Part shown: piece after piece, positions 55,105 through 64,000 of the stretch | How positions within the stretch are numbered: the stretch's first letter is position 1 | Layout: each line of letters starts with the position of its first letter | DNA from: Octopus sinensis | Taxonomy: Eukaryota | Assembly: GCF_006345805.1 (NCBI RefSeq) | Contig: NC_043001.1 | Location: 76,880,001 to 76,944,000, forward strand | Reading direction: 5' to 3' | DNA: 64,000 nucleotides | The notes under the pieces: model-generated | Databases searched by the model: none | Seen by the model: the letters and a program-made list of their open reading frames with translations, nothing else | Told to the model about the DNA's origin: nothing | Position numbers and translations under genes: made by a program

Positions 55105-55145
<41 letters not shown>
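54137..55145. repeat. 1-kb (TA)/(TATG) compound microsatellite
   Basis: Read directly from the sequence; source of the long Y/I/C/M pseudo-ORFs. Confidence 0.95.
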
Positions 55146-55147
<2 letters not shown>

Positions 55148-55149
55148 TA

Positions 55150-56130
55150 TTTATCATCATCATAATCAACAAGATCTGTGTCCTCTTTCCTTGCTGGCAT
55201 AGGTTGGGTCACCACCACAATCTTAGTTTGCACATATTTGCACAATTTTAGTTTGCACATCTAGAAGGGTCAGAGGAGTGCATCCCACATGTGTGTCTCA
55301 TACTGGACAGCATCACTCCAGCTTCTCTGGCATACATTCTATGTTTGCAGTTTCTAAGTATTGTTTCCTCTCAATGAGTCAATCTAGCTCTTCTTCAAAA
55401 GTCACAAACTGCTAGGCTGTGTTGAATAGTATCCACGTCACCAGGGAAGGTCTTAGGAGTTCATAATCACCTATCTATAACTTTCCTGGTGAGTAAGAAG
55501 TCTGTTTGGCTTCTATTTCATGTAATTAGGAAGCAGTTATCTTGCTTCCTGATGTTGGTGTCCAAATAGGTTATTTGCATGATAAGAGCCAAAGAGCCTT
55601 GATTTTTCATCATTCTGTGTACCATGGCCATATCCTCCGTAGTGATGCTGTCCAATACAATTGTTAAAATAATCAAACAGATAATGTGACCACTGTGGTT
55701 TGCTTCTGATGAGTCTACAGAAATATTTCAAAGATGCAGTCTTTTGCTCATCTGCCGGTCTTGAGTGACGTTTATGAGCTAAGGTAGATGTCATTGTTGT
55801 ATTGTCCAAGACTAGCTAGACCAAGCTTAATAACCTATTGCATGTTCAAACCACATTGATTACCTCATCTATCCATTTCTTTGCTAACAATATGCCAGCT
55901 CCACCTACCCTATCTCTCTGACCTATCCAGAAGAATTTGTACTTTCGTTCTTTGCTTGTGAGAAATCTAGTTGAGGATCCCTTCCATCTCACTTCTTGAA
56001 CACATCATTCATCAAGTCTCCTTCGTTCCAGCATCTTCACAATCTCTCCTGACCTACCTTTCATCGTACCAGTGTTAATTCTGACTGTCCTTAAGTTTAT
56101 GTCCTGAAAAAGAGGTGGTTGAGGGTCTTT
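55150..56130 (-). mobile_element. Decayed RTE LINE, APE endonuclease region
   Basis: Minus-strand translation LRTVRINTGTMKGRSGEIVKMLERRRLD..CVQEVRWKG...FWIGQRDRVGGAGILLAKKWIDEVI...HHYGGYGHGTQNDE, with many stops. Confidence 0.8.
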
Positions 56131-56439
56131 CTGAAGTGGGTTTCTCTGGTTGATTGTAGTTTTCTGTACTTAATCAGAGGGCTGTCACACATGGTTAGAA
56201 CTTCTACATTATGTTACTGTGGCTGAACCTTGCACTATATTAAATCATCAATAACAAATTGAACTCTCAAAGAGAACCAACAGGAGCAACCTTATTACAG
56301 AAGTTACATGATGAATTGATATTTAGAAGAAACATTACCCTGAGAATTAGATGTGATGAGCTTGAAAAACCACCACTTCATCTACTCCCCACAAAAGTAA
56401 TAAAATAAAACACTCTTAAAACTTCTCCTTTTTTTTCAG

Positions 56440-56728
56440 TCAACTCACAAGCAGTGGCACCAGATCAACAAGATGTGGTTTCTCTTCCAGAGAGCAGTAC
56501 AGGAGCACTGACAGCAACCAGATACATGTTGTCTTATTGCAAACATCACATTAAAACGCTACAACTCAATGGCAGCCTAATTTTAGAGCTCAGCAACAAT
56601 GTGCTTGGTTCACGCCGGGATGTTAGCTATGAACACTGTGAACTAAAGGTTCGTGTGGAGTCCTCAAAACATATTTTACTCCAGTTCTTCAGACTTCAAA
56701 TAGCTGATACACATGGAACACCAGACAG
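56440..56728 (+). CDS. Exon: N-terminal half of a CUB-like domain
   Basis: Polypyrimidine acceptor ttttttttcag|, open frame NSQAVAPDQQ...YCKHH...HCELKVRVESSKHILLQFFRLQIADTHGTPDR (CUB-like C-x-L-x-V...I-L-L-x-F pattern), donor CAG|gtgaga, phase 2. Confidence 0.85.
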
Positions 56729-57434
56729 GTGAGATTTTTTATTTACTTTATTTTATTTTATAATTTTTGTTTGCTTCTTTTTTGCGACTTTTTACTTTTT
56801 TACTTGTTTCAGTCATTAGACTACGACCATGCTGTGGCACTTCTTTGAAGGGTTCACTCAAACAAATTTATCCAGTGCTGTTTTTTTTTTAAGCCAGGTG
56901 CTTAGTCTTTTGATCCCTTTTGTGAAACTATTAGTTTGGTGATGTAAATAAATCAACATCTGTTGTCAAGTAGTGGTGAGGGATAAACAAAGACACACAC
57001 ACACACATGTATGATGGGCTTCTTTCTGTTTCCATCTATTAAATCCACTCACAAGGCTTTGGTCAACCCAGGGAGTTTTTAGCTTTCAATAAAATTAAAT
57101 AAAATTTCCAACCACTGTGCATGTAATTAGTGATTCTGTTATTGTACCTTTTGTTAATATAGTGAAGGCTATACTTCATCAATGAGGTCATAATAAGACT
57201 GAAATATGCCCACTGTTATCTCCCATATCCATTGAATTAATATATTATTTGTCATTTGAAGGTAGTGAATAACCAGAACTGTTAGCACATTGGACAAAAT
57301 GTTCAGTGAAATTTCTTCCAGCTGTTTATGTTCTGAGTTCAAAATCCACAATGGTTGACTTTGCTGTTCATTCTTTCAGGGTCAGTAAAATAAAGTACCA
57401 GTTGAGCACTTGGGAGATTAATTTAATAAATTTA

Positions 57435-57484
<50 letters not shown>

Positions 57485-57493
<9 letters not shown>

Positions 57494-57660
57494 AAATCCG
57501 TTCTGTCTGTCTGTATGTGTGTCTTCTAGGATCTCGGGCATCCTCCATCCAATTTCACTCAAATTTGATATATAAATACCGACGGTATCAGAGTGTGTAT
57601 AAGTCTTGAAAAAATTACAAAAATTGATTCCAGGTGAGAATGCAATCGATAAAGCTGTGG
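57485..57660 (+). mobile_element. Possible Helitron 5'-end fragment
   Basis: TATAATATAAAA..(CTGT)n..CCAATTTCACTCAAATTTG layout recalled as typical of non-autonomous Helitron starts. No 3' CTAG end was seen. Confidence 0.35.
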
Positions 57661-57922
57661 GAACATGCGTTTGTATGCACAAGTACATCAGCTCGACTAA
57701 AGGTGGTGCTCCAACATGGCCACAATCAAATGACTGAAACAAGTAAAAGAGTAAAAGAGATATGCATCTCCTACCAAATGTTTCGAGTGCCACTTTCTTT
57801 CATTTGTCCTTTCACTTGTATATAAGTATATGTGTATATATAAATATGTATCTATATCTGATGTTTATAAGCCATTTTATGAAACACACAAAATCCGTTA
57901 GATTCACTTCAGCATTTAAATT

Positions 57923-57980
57923 GAATTTGTCAAAATATTTTCGTCGCTTTCTGACCGCAACCTGTTCACTGACAAAATTC
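57923..57980 (-). ncRNA. Hammerhead-like motif with G3-C8 swapped core (left arm)
   Basis: GAAUUUUGUCA-GUGAACA-g-GUUGC-ggucagaaa-GCGAC-GAAA-AUAU-UU^-UGACAAAUUC. Stem I is 10 bp, stem II is 5 bp and stem III is palindromic. Confidence 0.7.
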
Positions 57981-57999
57981 TGTGCTGAGTTGCAGCATG

Positions 58000-58057
58000 G
58001 AATTTCATCAGTGAACAGGTTGCAGTCTCAAAGCAACGAAAATATTTTGACAAATTC
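58000..58057 (+). ncRNA. Hammerhead-like motif with G3-C8 swapped core (right arm)
   Basis: gaatttcatca GTGAACA(58011-17) g gttgc agtctcaaa gcaac GAAA(58038-41) atat TT^ tgacaaattc. Confidence 0.65.
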
Positions 58058-58205
58058 AATTTAAATGCTGAAGTGAATCTAACAGATTTTGTGTTTCTTA
58101 AATGGCTTATAAACACCTTCCATGCTGCAATTGTTTTCGTTCCAGCTCAAGATTTCAGATCAAGTCACTTGCTATGCAAGTACATCTCCATAATATCTAT
58201 ATCTA

Positions 58206-58272
<67 letters not shown>

Positions 58273-58358
58273 ATATATGCTTTTGTGTGTGTGTGTCTAT
58301 AGCCCTGTCTATGTTCATTTAAATATTCTTCAATCTGTCCCCTTTGTTTCCATTTCAG

Positions 58359-58555
58359 ATTAAAAGTTTTTGACAATCTACCAGATATGTCGGTACTTCT
58401 TACCCCTAAACATGGGGCTTATGGTTACTTCCCTGGCGGCATCTATCGTGGGGTTCGAGACTACAACTCAACATACAACGAACTGAAACTGAATTATTTT
58501 GGACAACCAACACGAAACGCACCAGGGTTCAAATTGTTACTGACACCCTATAAAA
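58359..58555 (+). CDS. Exon: C-terminal half of the CUB-like domain
   Basis: Acceptor catttcag|A completes AG+A=Arg. Reads LKVFDNLPDMSVLLTPKHGAYG...DYNSTYNELKLNYFGQPTRNAPGFKLLLTPYK, with the CUB-type D-x-L-x-V-F-D start and GFKL end. Donor A|gtaaat, phase 1. Confidence 0.85.
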
Positions 58556-58585
58556 GTAAATCCTTATCAGATTATTATTATTATT

Positions 58586-58623
<38 letters not shown>

Positions 58624-58707
58624 TATCATCATTATCATCATTATCATCATTATCATTATTATCATTATTATTATTATTATTATTATTATCATCATCATCA
58701 TTATTAA

Positions 58708-60515
58708 AAGGTGACTAGCTGGCAGAATTGTTAGTGTGCCAGGCAAAATGCTTTGCAGTATTTCATCTGTCTTTATGTTCTAAGTTCAGATTCTGCCGAG
58801 GTCAACTTTGCCTTTTATCCTTTTGGGGTCGATTAAATAAGTACCAGTTATGCACTGTTGTCGATGTAATCAACTTGATCTCCTTCCCCTAGCTGCACTT
58901 GTGGCAAAAGTTTGGAATAATAATAATAATTACTATGATTATTATCATTATCATGAGAAGGCAGTGAGCTAGCAGAATCGTTTGCACGCTGGATGAAATG
59001 CTTAGCAGTATTTTGCCTGTTTCTATGTTCTGAGTTCAATTTCCACCTAAATTGACTTTGCCTTTCATCCTTTTGGGGTTGATGAAATAAGTACCAGCAT
59101 AGGGATCTATGTAATTGACTAGCCCCCTTTCCCCCAAATTTTCAAGGCCTTGTGCCTAAGTACCAGTTACACACCAATGTAATCGACTTAATCCCTTCCC
59201 CCAAATTTGAGGCCTTGTGCTTCCTTCCAGTAGAAAGAACTATTACTATTATTATTATTATTATTATTAAAAAATGCTAAGCTGGCAGAATCGTTAGCAT
59301 GCTAGGCAAAATGCTTACTGGCATTTTGTCCATCTTTTACGTTCTAAGTTCAAATTCCACCATAGTTGACTTTGCCTTTCATCCTTTTGAGATCAGTAAA
59401 ATGAGTACCAGTTAAGTACTGGAGTTGATGTAACCAACTAACCTCCTCTCCCAAAATTGCTGGCCTTGTGCCAAAATTTGAACCATTGTTTAAGGTGGTG
59501 AACTGGCAGAATTGTTAGCGCATCATAGTGATATTTTGGACATCTTTACTTTCTGTGTTCAAATTCTGTCACGGTTGACTTTGCCTTTCATCCTTTCAGG
59601 GTCAATAAAATAAATACCACTTGAGTACTGGGATTGATGTAATTGACTCATCCCCTTCTTCAAAACTGCTGCCCTTGTGACACAATTTGAAACCGTTATT
59701 ATTACCTCTGCCTTACAAAGGCGGAGGTATTGTTTTCAGTCGTGTTTGTTTGTTTGTCCATGGACAAAATATCTCAAGAACCATTGGATGAATTTGGATG
59801 AAACTTTCAGGGATGTTTGGCTTTATGGCTGGCATGAACTGATTAGATTTTGGGATTGATCCAGTACTGGACAAAGATCTAGATTATTTTTCCTGTTTTT
59901 TAACTTAATTTTTGAGAGCGGTTAGGTTCATTTTTAGTATTCTCCTTTGTGAGAGCAGTCAAGTTTATTTCAAATATTCTCATTTTAAAAATTATCTCTG
60001 GCTAATCGTTGAGAGGATGTTGGTGTTGCCTCGGTGGAGGTTTACACTCTATGAGTGTTCTTATTATTAAAAGGCGGCAAGCTGGCAGAATCATTAGCAC
60101 GCTGGACAAAATGCTTAGTGGTATTTCATCCGTCATTACTCTCTGGATACAGATTCTGCCATGGTTGACTTAGCTTTTCATCCTTTCCGGGTTAATAAAT
60201 TAAGTACCAGTTAAACACTGGGGTCAATGTAATCAACTAGTCCCCTCCCCATAAATTTTAGGCCTTGTGCCTATGGTAGAAAGGATTATTATTATTATTA
60301 AGGTGGTAAACTGGCAGAATCATTAGCATTCAAAGCAAAATGCTTAGAGGCATTTTGTTCATCCTTACATTCTGAGTTCAAATTCCACCATGGTTAACTT
60401 TGCCTTTCTTCCTTTTGTGGTTGTTAAAATAGATACCAGTTATTCACTGGGATCAATGTAATCGATGTACCCACTCCACTGCATTTGCTGGTCTTGTACC
60501 AAAATTTGAAATCAT
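58708..60515 (+). mobile_element. Head-to-tail array of about six family A SINEs separated by (TTA)n
   Basis: Repeated head/core/tail units in the intron between the CUB and LDLa exons. Confidence 0.85.
59703..60062 (+). mobile_element. Helentron-associated (HINE/DINE-1-like) non-autonomous element
   Basis: 5' hairpin ACCTCTGCC-ttacaaa-GGCGGAGGT, (GTTT)n, 3' subterminal repeat GGTGGAGGT and terminal hairpin ACACTC-tat-GAGTGT. Inserted in a (TTA)n SINE tail. Confidence 0.6.
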
Positions 60516-60987
60516 TATTACCAGTTGTTAAGCAATAGTGGGGGACAAACACACACACACACATGACAGGTTTCTTTCAGTTTCTGTCTACCAAATCCAC
60601 TCACGAGGCTTTGGTTAGTCTAGAGCTATAGAAGAAGACACTTGCCGAAGAAGACACTTGCCCCAGAACTGTGTGGTTGTGAAGCAAGCATCTTACCATA
60701 CAGCCATGTCTGTGCCTACTTATAGCCTACGTTTTTGACAAAGTTTTCTGTCTTTATGTTTTTTTATCATATTTTCTGTCATGCAAGTTGAATTTTACAG
60801 CCAACAAAGGTCAGACTGACTTATACACCAAAACAACTTTGGATGACCGAAAATTCCATGTGAAATGCAACAGGATTTGAAAAGATAGTCATAATGTTTG
60901 AATGTTTCCGCTACATGTTTATGCTATATGCTGAAAAATGCAGTACTTTTCTGTTTTTATTTTCATTTTCTATTTTTCCCTTTCCAG

Positions 60988-61152
60988 GAGAAATTGCTCG
61001 AAATAAGTGTCCCGAAGGTTTTTTCCATTGTTCCATCCGACATATTTGTATTGATTCTTCTCTGGCATGTGATGGCTACCCAAACTGTGGCAGTAAAGAT
61101 GAAAGTGATGAGGGAAAATGCAGCTACTATGCCGAGGCACAGAAGTCAACAT
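60988..61152 (+). CDS. Exon: LDL-receptor class A (LDLa) module; gene continues past the window (CUB-LDLa, Neto/CULD-like architecture)
   Basis: Acceptor tttccag|, phase 1. CPEGFFHCSIRHICIDSSLACDGYPNCGSKDESDEGKC has six Cys and the acidic D-x-S-D-E motif of LDLa. Donor T|gtaagc. Confidence 0.92.
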
Positions 61153-61781
61153 GTAAGCACCAACAACTTATTTCAAATGCGCTCTTGAATGCACACTCAC
61201 ACTTGTGCATGCACACACACACACAATTGTGCATGCACACACACACACACACACACACTCATGCACACACACACACACTCATGCACACTCAGATGCATAA
61301 TCAAACACACACAATTTCACACATGCATGCACACACCAGCATGTACTCACATACATAAACACATATATACACACACAAAACATACATGTACTCACATAAT
61401 CACACACATACACAAGTATGTATTGACATACACACACACACACACACACACACATAAGCATGTACTCACATAATCACACACACACACGTTTATATAATCT
61501 CACATATACATACAAGCATATACTTGCATACATAATCACACACACTCATACACATGCACTTGTACATACACATACTCACACACGCACACATACATATATA
61601 TATACACACACACACCTATTTTGACTCCTATTTTTGCCTCTAAAACATTTGTCACTTCCACCATCACTTCTACCTCCTCTTCCTCCAACTACCACTTTCT
61701 TTCACTCCAGTCTGGAACTACCCCATACCAACCCTGTACGTGAAATATGGCCAAGTGTGTGCATGTTTGCGCTTCCACACA

Positions 61782-61818
<37 letters not shown>

Positions 61819-62109
61819 TACAGAACTGTTAGTTCTTAATAAGTCTTAACACCACATCCATCACATCTCTCTCTCGTTATATATTTGAGCAATAGGTTTA
61901 CTTAAGTCTGCATTTTTTCATTTCTGATTGGATATTAGAGAATTTAGAGTGGCTTACATTTTGGAAATGTAATTTTTCAGTAAACTGATGCCCTGTCCTA
62001 TTAGCATCATCTGCATCCTCCCCCTCCCCCTACAGATCCACATCATACTAGCCACATTACATTTCTTCATTACACCTCCTAACTCCAACAGTTCCACATT
62101 AACCCCTCC

Positions 62110-63035
62110 ACATAGCATTTCTACATTAACCCCTCCCCCACACCACATTTCCACATCAAACCCTCCCCACACCACATGTCCACATCAACCCCTCTCCCAT
62201 GCATTTCCACATCGATCCCTCTCTACACCACATTTCCACATCAAACCCTCCCCACACCACATGTCCACATCAAACCCTCTCTACACCACATTTCCACATC
62301 AAACCCTCCCCACACTACATGTTCACATCAACCCCTCTCCCATGCATTTCCACACCAACCCCTCTCCCATGCATTTCCACACCAACCCCTCTCCCATACA
62401 TTTCCACATCAACCCCTCTCCCATGCATTTCCACATCAAACCCTCCCCACACCACATTTCCACATCAAACCCTCCCCACACCACATTTCCACATCAAACC
62501 CTCCCCACACCACATGTCCACACCAACCCCTCTCCCATGCATTTCCACATCAAACCCACCCCACACCACATGTCCACATCAACCCCTCTCCCATGCATTT
62601 CCACATCAAATCCTCCCCACACCACATTTCCACATCAAACCCTCCCCACACCACATGTCCACATCAACCCCCTCCCATGCATTTCCACATCAAACCCTCC
62701 CCACACCACATTTCCACATCAAACCCTCCCCACACCACATTTCCACATCAAACCTCCCCACACCACATGTCCACACCAACCCCTCTCCCATGCATTTCCA
62801 CATCAAACCCACCCCACACCACATGTCCACATCAACCCCTCTCCCATGCATTTCCACATCAAATCCTCCCCACACCACATTTCCACATCAAACCCTCCCC
62901 ACACCACATGTCCACATCAACCCCTCTCCCATGCATTTCCACATCAAACCCTCTCTACACCACATTTCCACATTAACCCCTCCCCCACACCACATTTCCA
63001 CACAAATCCCTCCCCACATCACATTTCCACATTTA
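62110..63035. repeat. Compound C-rich minisatellite (27-29 bp units)
   Basis: Interleaved units ACATTTCCACATCAAACCCTCCCCACACC and GCATTTCCACA(T/C)CAACCCCTCTCCCAT, more than 30 copies. Confidence 0.95.
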
Positions 63036-63055
63036 ACATTCCTCCACATTGGCCA

Positions 63056-63127
63056 CCCCATGTGGTCTAGTGGTTAGGATTCCTGGCTTTCACCCAGGCG
63101 ACCCAGGTTTGATTCCCGGCATAGGAA
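63056..63127 (+). pseudogene. tRNA-Glu(TTC), probably a pseudogene
   Basis: 72-nt cloverleaf with A-box TGGTCTAGTGG and anticodon arm cctgg-ctTTCac-ccagg (TTC 63089-63091). It has two acceptor-stem mismatches, one T-stem mismatch and T-loop TTTGA instead of TTCGA. Confidence 0.85.
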
Positions 63128-63134
63128 CGCTTAC

Positions 63135-63142
63135 TTTTTTTT
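63135..63142 (+). terminator. Pol III oligo-T terminator after the tRNA-Glu copy
   Basis: T8 run starting 8 nt after the discriminator base. Confidence 0.6.
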
Positions 63143-63506
63143 AAATGGTGGTGCATCAGCATGGCTGCAGCTCTGAGCTGAAACTAGAGAGAAATAAAAA
63201 TAAAAATTAGATTCCATCATATTTCCACATCTTCTCCATCATATATATTTCCACATCATGTTCTTTCTTCCACATATCCACATCTCATTTCATCTTATTA
63301 CACTGTCCATTATAAGTTGTCACTAAACAAACCTTGCATTCGTGCACCTCTTACAACCAATGCTTTTCTCTCATTCTCTTTTCTCTTGAAGATATATTTT
63401 ATTGGCAACAGTGAGTTTTCAAAGATGTGCATTCACCCACAACTTCTTTCAAGGAACATTGTGGTTTGGTGTCAACTGAATGAAAAAATGTTAAACGGAG
63501 AAAATA

Positions 63507-64000
63507 TTGGGTTGTCTGGAAAGTTCATGCCGATTTTTAAAGTAAAGAAATAGGTCAATAAATACTTGCCGTTACATTTTTAATGAACCAAATATGAACC
63601 ATTTTGTTTCACAATGCGTCTCCATCTTTCCTTTAACTTGAAAATACCCTCTTTCCAGAATTGAGTGGGTTTCATGGCAAAGAATTCATCAAGATATCTT
63701 TTTATGTCATCCAAGGAATTGAAATTTTTACCATTAAGACTATTCTGCAGAGACCTGAATAAGTGGAAATCCGAAGGAGCAATATCTGGTGAATATGGAG
63801 AGTGGGGTAACACATCCCAGCTGAGCTGCAGCAATTTTTGTCTGGTTCCCAAAGCATCAAGTGCCGAAAATGAACTTTCTTATCTTCCATTTTAAAGGGT
63901 TACAAAATTAACACAGGTTATTGGAACATAAACCTTCTTCCACAAAAAGATAGCTTAAACTGTGTTCTAAATGGGGGTGTAGTCAAATCCTATTTTATGA
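63507..64000 (-). mobile_element. Mariner deletion derivative running off the window end
   Basis: TA + TIR TTGGGTTGTCTGGAAAG at 63507. C-terminus WDVLPHSPYSPDIAPSDFHLFRSLQNSL...LKERWRRIVKQNGSY is joined out of frame to the N-terminus MEDKKVHFRHLMLW. Confidence 0.9.

Noticed and set aside
54048-55251. ORFs up to 367 aa of Y/I/C/M/V
   Set aside because: Translations of TA/TG microsatellite. The same applies to ORFs at about 10, 11.5, 24.4, 31.7 and 44.2 kb.
58005-58011. Canonical CTGATGA on the minus strand of the palindrome's right arm
   Set aside because: No downstream GAAA/stem III in register, and the mirror arm reads CTGACAA. The opposite-strand GUGAACA fold explains all helices.
61988-63077. 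Long His/Pro/Thr-rich ORFs (360, 292 and 266 aa)
   Set aside because: All three frames are open because of a stop-free minisatellite; no splice signals or domain.

Overview
Eukaryotic, AT-rich DNA packed with microsatellites and SINEs. The repeat landscape suggests a coleoid cephalopod, probably Octopus (inference). Almost all listed ORFs are simple-repeat artefacts. One real multi-exon gene lies on the + strand: signal peptide (32092-32167), a ~24 kb intron, a CUB-like domain (56440-56728, 58359-58555) and an LDL-receptor class A module (60988-61152). It continues beyond the window. Also present: three decayed mariner elements, a DD41D-type Tc1/mariner derivative, hAT and piggyBac MITEs, RTE, R4/Dong and CR1/Jockey-like LINE fragments, several tRNA-derived SINE families, a tRNA-Glu(TTC) pseudogene and minisatellites. 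The most notable signal is a set of minimal type I hammerhead ribozymes (HHRs) in non-coding Penelope-like/retrozyme insertions within (TA)n tracts. These include a near-identical 602-bp tandem array with one HHR per unit and a head-to-head inverted copy (51108-54136), and two HHR-bearing palindromes (47343-47687, 57862-58115). The second palindrome carries an apparent natural G3-C8 compensatory core swap (GUGAACA). All ribozyme calls were folded by eye and are untested.
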